Positions 1 through 9,953 are shown, counted from the first letter of the stretch. The stretch: DNA of 64,000 nucleotides from a candidate division WOR-3 bacterium (GCA_039801905.1 JBDRVQ010000003.1:203-64202); one strand, 5' to 3'. Numbers and translations are program-made. Notes: generated by a model not told the origin, from the letters alone.

Positions 1-109
1 CGCTCTTTTGGGCGACCCAATGGCTCCATCAAAGAGACCTTTAACAGGAAAGGAAAGGAGAGAAGAGAGCAGCCTCTAAAACAGCCATTTGAAGAAACCT
101 TTCTCCCGA

Positions 110-205
110 GAAGGAATTGGGAAGGAAACTATGAGAGAAACCAGGGAAGAAATTGGGGAAAGAAACCCTATGGAAAATAGGGGAGAAATTAGGGGAGAAA
201 ATGCC
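110..205 (-). repeat. Eight tandem 12-nt units (plus strand gaaggaattggg/aaggaaactatg/.../ggagaaattagg/ggagaaaatgcc; minus strand CCYAATTTCTYC-like). Diverged relative of the GGTYTAAT arrays.
   Basis: I phased the 12-mers directly from 110 to 205. Read on the minus strand, the units keep CTAAT/CCAAT at a 12-nt spacing. They are preceded (about 260-215, minus) by TTAAAAGATAGGGGTCAG, which resembles the TTATAAAAAGGGGTGAAG head of the other arrays. Confidence 0.45.
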
Positions 206-318
206 CTTTTCTACCCCCCAGGGATGCCGTAGGGGGAACTGACCCCTATCTTTTAAGTCAAATGGCTCTAAGTCTTTGAAAATGAAAAACTTAAGCCAAT
301 TTTTCCCTTAATAAAAAG

Positions 319-334
319 TTATCTGATCAGATAA
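319..334. terminator. Perfect 16-bp palindrome TTATCTGATCAGATAA flanked by an A-run and a T-run. Possible weak bidirectional terminator or protein-binding site.
   Basis: aaaaagTTATCTGATCAGATAAtttttt read directly. The stem is AT-rich, so the function is uncertain. Confidence 0.3.
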
Positions 335-519
335 TTTTTTAGGAATTTATAAAATCCTTACGGATTAACTCCAAGAGATAAGAAAAGGATTTTGCCAAAG
401 TTTTTTGAAAGCCCTTTGGATTATTCCCAAAACTGGGTCTTAGAGTGGTCATGGTCACTATTCACACTTGCAGTATTGACTTTTATTAGAATTTACTTAA
501 ACTATAAAAAGCGAAGTTT

Positions 520-592
520 GGGGCCGTGGCGCAGTTGGGAGCGCGTTTGACTGGCAGTCAAAAGGTCACGGGTTCGAATCCCGTCGGCTCCA
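520..592 (+). tRNA. tRNA-Ala (anticodon GGC)
   Basis: 73-nt cloverleaf. Acceptor stem GGGGCCG/CGGCTCC includes the G3:U70 alanine identity pair. Anticodon loop is CTGGCAG (GGC). T-arm is GGTTCGAATCC. Discriminator is A, and no CCA is encoded. Confidence 0.93.
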
Positions 593-599
593 TTAGAAG

Positions 600-1775
600 A
601 TGCGAGAAAGAGACTTCTTGACTTTATTTCTTAAAATTGGACTATTATCTATTTTCACCTGTGCTCCCACCCAGCAAACAGTAAAACCACCATCAAGAGA
701 AGAGAGTGAGGAGAAGAGGCGTCTGGCGGAGCAGAATTATTCCCTGGGTGCCGAGTATTTCAAACAACGGGAATACGATAAGGCCTTAGAAAAATTCCTT
801 TCGGCAATTGAACTTGATACCACATTTTATGAGGCATTCATCGCCGCCGGTAATGTCTATAAGATAAAAAGGGATTTTGGGGAAGCGGAACGTTATTTCC
901 GACGGGCACTCTCCTTGGACCAAAGGAAGGTAAAAGGTTATGAGGCTTTAGCCGACCTTTACCTCTCCGCCAAAAGATACCAAGCCGCAGAAAGCCTCTA
1001 CCTTACAGGGATCCAATTTGATTCCACATTTTCCGAACTTTATTTGGGGCTGGCCGAAATCTATAATGAGACCGGGGAAAAGAGAAAAGCCGACTCTCTT
1101 TATAAAAGAATGCTTTCCCTCTTTCCGGACGATCTCGGTATTTATCGCCTCTACGGCGATTTCCTTCTAAGGGAGGAGCGGTATAAAGAAGCACGGGAGA
1201 TGTTTCGCCCCTGCTGCCAAAAATTTCCCGAATATGTGGAACTGAGAGAGAAGTATGCCGAAATACTCTTCAATTTAAAAGAATACGATAGTGCTTTAGC
1301 CCAACTCAATTTCATTTTGGAAAAGGAACCAGACAATTTGAGTGCCACCTTACGGCGGGCTGATGTTTATGCCCGGAAGGGAAATTTTAATAAAGCAAAG
1401 GAGGATTTAGCTAAGGCGAAGCGGTTAGCCCCAAATGATGCGCGGGTCTTTGTTCATAATGCCGATTTCTATCAAATGATTGGTGATTTAGCCAAAGGGG
1501 AGGAGGAGGTGAAGGCGGCTTTAAGAATTGACCCCAATTTGGATATTGCGCTCGTCGTCTACGGTGATATCCTAAAAACAAGGGCGGCGAGTGCCTATAA
1601 AGCAAAGAGAAAGGAAGATGCGTATTACCTCTATAAGGCGGCCTATTCCCAATACGAAAAGGTGCCCAGTAAGAGTCTTTATTATAGATATGCTTCCATA
1701 GAGATGAGCCGCTGTAAGACCTTTATGGACAAGATAAAGGAAGAGTTGTGGTTTGAAGGGAAAAAGATTGAATGA
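600..1775 (+). CDS. TPR-repeat protein, probable lipoprotein
   Basis: Repeated 34-aa TPR-like helices (AxxxYxxAL...P patterns). N-terminal hydrophobic segment ends in LSIFTC. Confidence 0.7.
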   Translation: MRERDFLTLFLKIGLLSIFTCAPTQQTVKPPSREESEEKRRLAEQNYSLGAEYFKQREYDKALEKFLSAIELDTTFYEAFIAAGNVYKIKRDFGEAERYFRRALSLDQRKVKGYEALADLYLSAKRYQAAESLYLTGIQFDSTFSELYLGLAEIYNETGEKRKADSLYKRMLSLFPDDLGIYRLYGDFLLREERYKEAREMFRPCCQKFPEYVELREKYAEILFNLKEYDSALAQLNFILEKEPDNLSATLRRADVYARKGNFNKAKEDLAKAKRLAPNDARVFVHNADFYQMIGDLAKGEEEVKAALRIDPNLDIALVVYGDILKTRAASAYKAKRKEDAYYLYKAAYSQYEKVPSKSLYYRYASIEMSRCKTFMDKIKEELWFEGKKIE

Positions 1776-2299
1776 GAAGAGAGATGACTGATGGTAAATG
1801 GCAGAAGAAGGTTCTTTTGCTTAATCAGAATTTTGAACCGATCACCATCACAGGGGCGAGGAAGGCGATTTGCCTCTTATACCTAAAAAAGGCAGAATTG
1901 GTATCATCTTACGAAGGGATGAAGGTGAAAGGTGTTTCTACATCTTGGCCCTTACCTTCCATCCTTCGCCTCTGCCATTATGTTCGGGTGCGCCGGCGGG
2001 AGATACCGCTGACCAAAAGAAATATCTTCCGCCGTGACAATTACCAGTGTCAGTATTGCGGTCGGACCAATGTCGCCTTAACTACCGACCACATCATCCC
2101 CAAATCCTTAGGGGGTGAGGATACCTGGGAAAACTTAGTCACCGCCTGCACCGAATGTAATACCAAAAAGGGCGCTAAGACCTCTAAGGAATTTCCCTTA
2201 AAACTTATCCGCCGCCCCAAAAAACCTAACACTTTTACCTTCCTTTTACATTCCCTTTCCGAAATTCCTGAAGACTGGAAACCTTATCTCTTCCAGTAA
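1772..2299 (+). CDS. HNH endonuclease family protein
   Basis: CQYCGR...TDHIIPKSLGGEDTWENLVTACTECNTKKG matches the HNH/CxxC motif layout. Its start overlaps the upstream stop by 4 nt. Confidence 0.8.
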   Translation: MRREMTDGKWQKKVLLLNQNFEPITITGARKAICLLYLKKAELVSSYEGMKVKGVSTSWPLPSILRLCHYVRVRRREIPLTKRNIFRRDNYQCQYCGRTNVALTTDHIIPKSLGGEDTWENLVTACTECNTKKGAKTSKEFPLKLIRRPKKPNTFTFLLHSLSEIPEDWKPYLFQ

Positions 2300-2312
2300 T
2301 ATTGGAAGGAAT

Positions 2313-3890
2313 TTGGCGCTTTTTACTTTTCTTTTCTTGAATGTAAGTGGTTTTTGGGTAGAGAAGGTCCAGATAAGAGGAAATCGGAATTTGCCGGAAG
2401 TGGCTAACCTCCAACTATTTTCCCGAAGCAAAGGAGAGATTTCCGATTCCCTCTTGGAATTAGACCGGAGGCATATCCTATCCTTCTATCAGGAGAATGG
2501 TTTTTGGGCTACTGAGGTCTCAGTTAAGAAGATAGAGCGGCGGGGGAAATTTGAGATCATTTTTGAGATTGAAGAAGGGAAAAGGATGAAGTATAAATGG
2601 TCGGGACGACCGGAAAGTTTACCCGTCCCGATTAAACTGGTTGTCAAAAAAGAAGAAGAGATAGAGGGGAATATCCATCGGTTATTAGAATATTATGCCA
2701 ATCAGGGAAGACCTTTTGCCCAAATCAGTCCGAAAAATTTTCTCCAGAAGGAAGATACTATCTTTTATGACTTAGCCATCACGGAAGGGGAAGAGGTGAT
2801 AATTAATAGTCTCTCATTCTCTGGGAATTTAACCAAAGAGGCGGTCTTAAAGAAGATGCTCTCCCTCCCTTTCCCTTTTCTCTTCTCCGAAAAGAAGATA
2901 AAGAGCCGGATGCGGAGATTGACCCAAGACCGGGATAGTCCGATAGAGTTTAAGGGGATGGAAATTCTCACCCCGGGTTATGGCTACACCCTATTAGTTC
3001 ATATACAGGAGCCCATCCGGCAGGAATTGGGACTATTTTTCACTTATTTACCAAAAGAGAAGGAACCAGCAGGATTCTTCTCTCTTACCCTTCCTAACCT
3101 TTTCTATACCCGGCGCAAGTTAAAATTAGAATGGGAAAAATACCCCCGCTCCCTCCGTTATCACTTCTTTTATGCCGAACCCTTATTCCTTTTTACCCGA
3201 CAGCTAAAAATCTCTTTCACCAATAAAACTTACGATACCTTAGAGGTGAAGAGTTCTCTGGAGGCAGGTTTTAACCTTTTCACCCCCCAAGATTTTCTCA
3301 CCTTCTCCTTCCTCTTCGGCTCGGAAAGGGTTCGGGAAAAGAAAAGAAATGATATCCGATTCACCCATCTTGGCCAGGAGTTGGTTTGGGAGACCCGCGA
3401 GGGAATCCTGCCGAGAAGTGGTCAATATTTCTCCTTCTATTCTTATTTCGGGGAGAGAAGAGATTCTACTGCGAAAGGGATAAAAGGGGGGCTAAGATTA
3501 AAAGGAGAAATGATTTTTGACTTGAAAAGATTCTTTCCCCACTTCTCTTTCTGGGCGGAAGGGATTTTTGCGGAAACCCTCTTAGAAAGGGAGAAGACCT
3601 ATCTTGGAGGGCGGGAACGATTGCGGGGTTTTAAGGAAGAAGAACTCCCCTCTTCTCTGATTTTCCTTTTGCGTCAGAATTGGAAACTTCCCTTAGGAAA
3701 TAGTTTCTTTTACCCCTTTTTTGATTTCGGCGTGCGCGAGAAAGAGGGTGGTGCGGAATGGCGAGGTAGTTTCGGTTTCGGCTTAGAACTCCTTTTTCGG
3801 AAGACCTATTTTGAATTAATTTACGGCGTCCCCTTCCGCCAAAATCTCCTCACCGGCCGGATCCATCTCTTAATGAAAATTGGCATCTGA
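2313..3890 (+). CDS. Omp85/BamA-family outer-membrane protein with a reduced POTRA region
   Basis: POTRA-like N-terminal segments (SFYQENGFWATEVSV, LEYYANQGRPFAQI) are followed by a beta-strand-rich C-terminal region. Non-ATG start, so the exact start is uncertain. Confidence 0.55.
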   Translation: MALFTFLFLNVSGFWVEKVQIRGNRNLPEVANLQLFSRSKGEISDSLLELDRRHILSFYQENGFWATEVSVKKIERRGKFEIIFEIEEGKRMKYKWSGRPESLPVPIKLVVKKEEEIEGNIHRLLEYYANQGRPFAQISPKNFLQKEDTIFYDLAITEGEEVIINSLSFSGNLTKEAVLKKMLSLPFPFLFSEKKIKSRMRRLTQDRDSPIEFKGMEILTPGYGYTLLVHIQEPIRQELGLFFTYLPKEKEPAGFFSLTLPNLFYTRRKLKLEWEKYPRSLRYHFFYAEPLFLFTRQLKISFTNKTYDTLEVKSSLEAGFNLFTPQDFLTFSFLFGSERVREKKRNDIRFTHLGQELVWETREGILPRSGQYFSFYSYFGERRDSTAKGIKGGLRLKGEMIFDLKRFFPHFSFWAEGIFAETLLEREKTYLGGRERLRGFKEEELPSSLIFLLRQNWKLPLGNSFFYPFFDFGVREKEGGAEWRGSFGFGLELLFRKTYFELIYGVPFRQNLLTGRIHLLMKIGI

Positions 3891-4653
3891 GATGAGAGAA
3901 CTCTTTTTTCTTCTAATCACCGGCCTCGTTCAGGGTTTAACGGAATTTCTACCGGTCTCCTCCTCAGCCCATCTCGCCCTTTTGGAAGAGATTTTTACCT
4001 TTCCGGAAAACAAGCGCTTGAGTTACACTGTATTTTTACACCTCGGTACCCTCGGTGCCTTAATTCTCTTCTTCGGGAAAGACCTTTTGCTAAAAATAAA
4101 GAGGCGTGACTCCCCCTTCTTTCTGAAGATAATTTTGGCTTCGCTTCTTCTCTTTTTGGTCATCCCTTTTCGGAACTGGGTGGCGACCAGTTTCTCTCAA
4201 ATCAAGGCGATTTCTACCTTCCTCCTCCTCACTGGCATTCTCCTCTTTGCCACTCGTTTTCGCCAAGGAACAAAAGAAGAGATCAGTTATCCGGCGGCTC
4301 TCCTTTGCGGATTCTTCCAACTCCTCTCTGTATTTCCCGGCATTTCCCGTTCCGGAGCGACAATCTCCATCCTTCTCCTTTTGGGGATTAAAGAAGAATG
4401 TGCTTATCAATTCTCTTTCCTTTTGGCAATTCCCGCGGTTACTTTTGCCAATCTTTATGAATTATCAAAAATTCTGCGGCAAAAGGACTTTCTTTTTCAT
4501 CCTTTAATCCTTTTGGGGATCTTTTTATCTTTCCTGAGCGGTCTCTTCGCCCTTTATCTCCTAAAGAGGGTCTTAATAAAAAGACGTTTTTACCTCTTCT
4601 CTCTTTATCTCTTTGCCTTTGCCCTTTTTTCCCTTTTTGTCAGTAGACGATGA
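3880..4653 (+). CDS. uppP: Undecaprenyl-diphosphate phosphatase
   Basis: GLTEFLPVSSSAHL and PGISRSGATI signature motifs in a polytopic membrane protein. Confidence 0.9.
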   Translation: MASEMRELFFLLITGLVQGLTEFLPVSSSAHLALLEEIFTFPENKRLSYTVFLHLGTLGALILFFGKDLLLKIKRRDSPFFLKIILASLLLFLVIPFRNWVATSFSQIKAISTFLLLTGILLFATRFRQGTKEEISYPAALLCGFFQLLSVFPGISRSGATISILLLLGIKEECAYQFSFLLAIPAVTFANLYELSKILRQKDFLFHPLILLGIFLSFLSGLFALYLLKRVLIKRRFYLFSLYLFAFALFSLFVSRR

Positions 4654-5701
4654 GTAAGGTAAAGATCTATCGGGCAAATTATCAAGACCTCCAAGAATTG
4701 ATCCCTGTTATCTTTCGCGATTTCCCCTTTAATTTTAAGAATAAGAAGGTCTTCTTAAAACCGAATATGCTCTCCGCCCGGAAACCTGAGGAAGGGGTAA
4801 CCACTCATCCCGAATTGGTGAGAGTCGTTGCTGAATATATTTTGGAGCAAGGAGGCGAATTGCTGGTGGGCGATAACCCAAGCCTTACGAGCGAAGGAAG
4901 CCAAAAGGAAGCCGGAGAAAAGACCGGATTGGCGAAGGCGAGTCTCGGTCATTTCTTAGATATCAGTCGCCATCCCCAGAAGGTAAGGGTTAAGGAATTG
5001 GGCGATTTGGCGGTCTCTTCCGAAATCCTCAATTGTGACATTTTAATCTCTTTACCCAAATTTAAAACCCATCCCTTGACCCTTTTAACCGGAGCGGTGA
5101 AGAATATGTACGGCATCTTAGTGGGTGAGGAGAAACCGCACCTTCACTATCAATTCCCCAACCCCACCGCCTTTTCCCAGATCCTCACTTTAATCTATGA
5201 GATAAGAAGACCAGATTTAATCATTCTGGATGGAATTGTGGCGATGGAGGGTTTCGGACCTTCTAATGGTGATCTCCGTTCCCTAAATCGGATAATTGTC
5301 AGCGGGATGGCTACGCCTGTGACTGGGTACTCGCCCGAATGGTAAAAAGAGACCCTGCCCGGATAAATTTTCTCTCCTGGGCGATGCGGAGGGGATTTTT
5401 TAATCCGAAGGCGATAGAAGTAGAGGGTGATTTTACGGAAATTGAGAAATTCCGACTCCCCTTAAAATTGGGAGACAGTCTCCCCTGGCGTTTAATCGTC
5501 AAATTAATCTACCACCCTTTCCGCTACAAAAGAGTGAGTATCATTAAGGAAAAATGTCGGCTCTGTGGAGCCTGCGAGAAGATTTGTCCAAAGGCGGCTT
5601 TAAGAATTGAGGGGAGAAAATTAAAATACGAAAAGGGAAGTTGTATCGCCTGTTTTTGTTGTCTGGAGGTTTGCCCGGAAGGAGCGATAAAGCCGAGTTA
5701 A
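4650..5701 (+). pseudogene. DUF362-domain protein with C-terminal 2x[4Fe-4S] ferredoxin domain, split by an apparent 1-nt frameshift near 5304-5306
   Basis: Frame 1 reads ...RIIVSGMATPV* and ends at 5345. The other frame is open from 5273 and reads DGYACDWVLARMVKRDPARINFL..., then CRLCGACEKICP and CIACFCCLEVCP. One extra G in the run at 5304-5306 would give the continuous sequence IIVSGDGYACDWVLARMV. Confidence 0.65.
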
Positions 5702-5740
5702 AAGAGTTGACGAAGGGATAGGATGCTATAAAATTAAATT

Positions 5741-6037
5741 ATGAGCCGCGGGTGCCTTTGGCAACTCCTCCTCGCCGGAATTATCCTCTTCCTTTTCATC
5801 TTTTTCTACTTTCGCTATTTTGAACCGAGGATAAAAAAGACCACCGAGGTCTTAAAAAGAATGGAAGAGGTAACCGGGGAGAGGCGGGAAAGAAGGAGGA
5901 AAAAGATTAAAGAGTTAAAAAGATGGGAAACCCCAAGGGAGACAACAGGAATCCCAGAAATTGACGAGTACCAGAAGATGTTAGAATCCGCTCGGAGAAA
6001 ACTGCGGGGGTTGAGAAGGATGATGACCCCGAGATGA
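5741..6037 (+). CDS. Small membrane-anchored protein with a charged coiled-coil tail (hypothetical)
   Basis: N-terminal TM segment followed by a K/R/E-rich helix. Its stop overlaps the next start. Confidence 0.5.
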   Translation: MSRGCLWQLLLAGIILFLFIFFYFRYFEPRIKKTTEVLKRMEEVTGERRERRRKKIKELKRWETPRETTGIPEIDEYQKMLESARRKLRGLRRMMTPR

Positions 6038-6831
6038 GAAAAGAGAACCCAAAAACCTCTTCCCTGAGCCTGCGCTTTTTAATCTTCGTTCTCCTCTTCC
6101 TTTTCTCCTGCCTTTTTCGTCTGGAGGTGAGGCAAGGAGGGGAAAGGGAAGGGATTGCCAATTTTACCTTAGATTGGGATGGAAAGGTCCTTCTCCTGAT
6201 GGCGGATGGTGAATATCTATTAAAAGTTGACACAAACCTTCTCCCCTTGGAGACAATTCCCCTCCCCCAAAGAATCTTCAATCCGAATAAGGTCTTAGCC
6301 AACTTCTCCTATCTTTTTATCACCAATTCCCAAAATCTCTTCATCCTGGAAAGAAAGAGTGGCTCTTTTAAGAAGATCTATTCTGAAGGAGAGATTAGTG
6401 ATTTTACCCTCTCTCCCTTTGGGGAGGTGGTCTTAGGGATAAAGAACGATAGGTGGTTGAAAAAAATTGACCGATTTTTCCGCCTCCAAAATTTCTCCCC
6501 TTCTCCCATCAACCCTTCCTTCCTCTCCCTTACCTACTTCGGCGATAATTTATACCTCTTGAACCAAAAGAAGGGAGAGATCCTATCTTACCGAATGGGT
6601 AACTTCCAGCCGCTCGCCTCCGGAGCGGAAATGATTGACTGCCGGTTCTCCCCTTATCAGGAAGGGAGGGAAATTTTTCTCTTCTCCCCAAAAGGGAAAA
6701 TCCTTAAATTACAAAAGGAAGGGAAGATTTCTTTGGTCGGCAACTTTAATCCCCTCAAATCATTTTTTGCCCAGGGTGACTTCCTCTTCCTTCTCACCGA
6801 TGATAGCCAAATCAAAAAAGTCAAAAGATGA
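6034..6831 (+). CDS. Hypothetical secreted protein or lipoprotein
   Basis: Signal-like LLFLFSC, then beta-rich sequence. Translationally coupled on both sides through ATGA overlaps. Confidence 0.5.
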   Translation: MRKENPKTSSLSLRFLIFVLLFLFSCLFRLEVRQGGEREGIANFTLDWDGKVLLLMADGEYLLKVDTNLLPLETIPLPQRIFNPNKVLANFSYLFITNSQNLFILERKSGSFKKIYSEGEISDFTLSPFGEVVLGIKNDRWLKKIDRFFRLQNFSPSPINPSFLSLTYFGDNLYLLNQKKGEILSYRMGNFQPLASGAEMIDCRFSPYQEGREIFLFSPKGKILKLQKEGKISLVGNFNPLKSFFAQGDFLFLLTDDSQIKKVKR

Positions 6832-9800
6832 GTTGGCAAAAAATCTTTCTCACCCTTCTCCTCTTTTTGTTTCTCTCCTCTTCCCCACTTCTCCGAAGGG
6901 AATACTATTTAGAATCCACTCCCCAGCCGGTAAAAAAGTTAAAGCTTTTAGATAATTTTATTGAACCGGGTTCCTTATCCCTCTTCATCGGCGATTCTCT
7001 TCTGCCGAAGGATCTTTACTCCCTGGACCTGAAGAAGGGCGAAGTCTATCTCTCTTGCTCCTTACCCCCAGGGGTACCAATTAAAGTCTCCTATTTTTAC
7101 TTTCCCTTCAAAAGACTAAAACCGGAGTACCTCCGCTACGAGTTAAAAGAAGAAGAGGAGACAATCCCTCATCCCGCGAAAGGAGAGGTGAGTCGGTTTA
7201 AGGATAATGACACCTCTTTTTCCGGGGATGGTGAGGAGATCCACCTTCAGGGATCAAAGTTGCTGGGCTTTAACTACTCCAATGAGGGTTTTGCCTTAGA
7301 ACAGGCGACCGATGTCAAACTTAGCGGGAAGGCAGGGGATTTTGAGTTGGAACTTTTCCTTCAAGATAAGAATCTTCCCCGCTTTGGTGAGGAGCAGACA
7401 TTGGAACTGAGGGAACTGGAGGGAGTTTCTTTAACTATAAGTCGCTTTCCTTACCGGTTTACCTTTGGCGATCTTCTCCACCTTTCCCCTTTTGGGAATT
7501 TCGGGCAGGTGAGGAGAAAAGGACAAGGGTTAAAGTTAGAGGGCAATCCCGAGGGGGGTAAGTTTTTCTTCGCCTATCTTAAACCGAAGAATAAGTTTGG
7601 GGTGGTTGAATTTTCAGGGGAAGATGGGAAAAAAGGACCTTACCTTTTAACTGCCGAGGGGAAAAGGGTGGTCGTGATCACTGGAAGTGAAGAGGTTTAT
7701 CTCAACGGTGAGAAAAAGAGAAGGGGCGAAAGAGAAGACTACACAATTAATTACGCCACAGGAGAATTGACCTTCACCAATCGGGTTTTGATTAATTCCC
7801 AATCCCGAGTTGAGGTGCGGTTTTTATACCAAGCCGAAGATTACGAAAGGGACGGTTACTCCCTTTATGGTGAGAAGAATCTCTTTGGAGGCTATCTCAA
7901 AGGATTTTTCTCTAATCTCTTAGAAAAGGATGATAAAACCAATAATCTCCTTTTCCCCTTAAGCCCTGAAGAGAGAAGGTATTTAGCAACGATTGGGGAC
8001 GATACAAGCAAAGCCTTCCTCCCCTCGGAACGCTACGTGGGGAAAAATAAGGGAGATTACAAAAAGGAGAACGGGGTCTTCGTCTATTGCGGAAAAGATT
8101 CTGGTGATTACGAGGTGACCTTCCTCTTTGTTGGAGAGGGTAAGGGAGAATATATCTATGACAACGAAATAAATGGCTATCGGTATCTCGGTCCGGGTTT
8201 AGGCCAATGGACACCAAAAAAGAAAATTACCCTCCCCCAAGAAAGAATTGTTTCCTCTTTAGGCATTGCCCTTTTCCCTTCTTCTCCCTTTAACCTCTCT
8301 GCTCAAGGAATCTGGTTAAAGGAAGACCGGAATACCTTTTCCCAAGAAGATGACGGGGATAACTTGGGGCTGGGTTATAACATTTTGGCGCAATGGGAAA
8401 AGGAGAAAATCTCTCTTGCCCTCCAGAGGGAGGGCTACCTAAAAAATTATCACCTCTTAGAAGAGGAAAACCAAGATTTCTTCTACACCTGGGGGGTAAG
8501 GAGGGATTCGGTAAAAGGGTTAACTCAACTCTTTGGTAAATTTTCCCCTTTTCCTTTTTTCCGCTGGGATTGGACCGGAGGCCTCTCGGAAAAAGGAAAA
8601 AACTTTAAAAGAAGGTTTTCTTCCTCTTTTCAACTCTTCTTCTTCGCGGGGGGAATAGAATATTTGGCTGAGAGGAAAAAATTTAACTTCTCCCTAAGAC
8701 CAAAAATTTCCTTCCTTCAACCAACCTTCTCTTTCCAAAGCGAAAGATACGACACCTCTCTCATTTCCACTTCTGAACCGAATCTTATCTTAACCTTCCC
8801 CCAAACCGAACTGGACTTCGGCTGGGAGGAAATCCAATGGCGAAAGCGAGAAGGAAACTTCTGGACCTTGGCAAAAAGGCAAAGGAGATTAAAAGGGGGA
8901 GGGAATTTTTCCTTCAAGTTTTTACATCTTTCCCTTCTCCTTGGGCAAGAAAGGATGAGGAATTTCCAAATTGGGGGGGAGAGAAGACAATTTTTCGCCG
9001 AGGGGGAGATCTCCTTTCCCGATTTCTCCTTCCTGAAGGGCAATTGGGAGGGGAAGATTCTCCACAAAGGAATAGAGGAAAAAGAAGTCCAATACCTCAA
9101 GGTAGAAGAAGGCAGGGGAGATTACAAGAAAGACCCCAATACCGGAAATTACTTCTATCATCCGAAAGGAGATTACATTCGGGTCTTTATCCCGACCGGG
9201 AAGATCATCCCGGCCCGAGAGTTTAACTTAAACTCCTACCTTTTTCTTCAACCCCACAAAAAGATCTCTGCGGAACTCAATCTCACCCGTACGGAAGCGG
9301 TATCGGAAGCGAACGAATCCCATTCCGAAAATGAGAATTACCTCTTAAATCTCACTTACTATCCCCTTTCCCATCTCCATCTCCGTTTGGGGAAAAATTA
9401 TAACTCCTTTTCCGACCAGAATCTCACCCTAGAAGGGGAAAGAGAAATCATTGATAAAAATTCCTTCACCATAGAAAATGACTTTGGAGAAAATTGGCGG
9501 GTTGCACCCGGTGTTGAGATAAACCGGCAAGAAAAGGAAAGAAATACTTTAACCCGCCGGTCATTAGAGAAAAAGGGAAAGGTTGCCATCTTTTTTGGCT
9601 TCCCCTTAGATATAGAATTGAATTTTGCCTTAGGAGAAATTTTCATCCAGGATTTTTCTCCCTCCGATTCCTTCAAAATTATAAAGGGAGAATGGGGACT
9701 CGCCCGCTCCCTTACTCTCTTTGATAAAGTTGGGGTAAATCTCACCTTTGACCTCACCCATCGGAAAAGTGAGGATAACCTTCCCTACGACTTACTCCTC

Positions 9801-9953
9801 ACGGAACCAATCGGTTGGACCTACGGCGCAGGGATAGAGATAAACTCTAATCCCAAGAAAAACCTCAACCTTTCTTTTCAATACCAAATAAGAAAAGACC
9901 CGATAGAGAAACTTGACCAAATCCTTAACGGGAGTGCCCGAATTAATTTTTAA
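6828..9953 (+). CDS. Large (1041 aa) hypothetical outer-membrane/surface protein
   Basis: Signal peptide, long beta-rich sequence, and a C-terminus ...GSARINF with a terminal aromatic residue typical of OMP beta-barrels. I recognise no named family. Confidence 0.6.
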   Translation: MSWQKIFLTLLLFLFLSSSPLLRREYYLESTPQPVKKLKLLDNFIEPGSLSLFIGDSLLPKDLYSLDLKKGEVYLSCSLPPGVPIKVSYFYFPFKRLKPEYLRYELKEEEETIPHPAKGEVSRFKDNDTSFSGDGEEIHLQGSKLLGFNYSNEGFALEQATDVKLSGKAGDFELELFLQDKNLPRFGEEQTLELRELEGVSLTISRFPYRFTFGDLLHLSPFGNFGQVRRKGQGLKLEGNPEGGKFFFAYLKPKNKFGVVEFSGEDGKKGPYLLTAEGKRVVVITGSEEVYLNGEKKRRGEREDYTINYATGELTFTNRVLINSQSRVEVRFLYQAEDYERDGYSLYGEKNLFGGYLKGFFSNLLEKDDKTNNLLFPLSPEERRYLATIGDDTSKAFLPSERYVGKNKGDYKKENGVFVYCGKDSGDYEVTFLFVGEGKGEYIYDNEINGYRYLGPGLGQWTPKKKITLPQERIVSSLGIALFPSSPFNLSAQGIWLKEDRNTFSQEDDGDNLGLGYNILAQWEKEKISLALQREGYLKNYHLLEEENQDFFYTWGVRRDSVKGLTQLFGKFSPFPFFRWDWTGGLSEKGKNFKRRFSSSFQLFFFAGGIEYLAERKKFNFSLRPKISFLQPTFSFQSERYDTSLISTSEPNLILTFPQTELDFGWEEIQWRKREGNFWTLAKRQRRLKGGGNFSFKFLHLSLLLGQERMRNFQIGGERRQFFAEGEISFPDFSFLKGNWEGKILHKGIEEKEVQYLKVEEGRGDYKKDPNTGNYFYHPKGDYIRVFIPTGKIIPAREFNLNSYLFLQPHKKISAELNLTRTEAVSEANESHSENENYLLNLTYYPLSHLHLRLGKNYNSFSDQNLTLEGEREIIDKNSFTIENDFGENWRVAPGVEINRQEKERNTLTRRSLEKKGKVAIFFGFPLDIELNFALGEIFIQDFSPSDSFKIIKGEWGLARSLTLFDKVGVNLTFDLTHRKSEDNLPYDLLLTEPIGWTYGAGIEINSNPKKNLNLSFQYQIRKDPIEKLDQILNGSARINF

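Noticed and set aside
4090-4507. ORFs 4090-4410 (-) and 4247-4507 (+)
   Set aside because: They overlap uppP, which has clear signature motifs.
8717-9226. Several 79-129-aa ORFs on both strands inside the 1041-aa gene
   Set aside because: They are embedded in a long uninterrupted ORF with operon coupling. Their compositions are low-complexity and K/R/P-rich, typical of off-frame translation.
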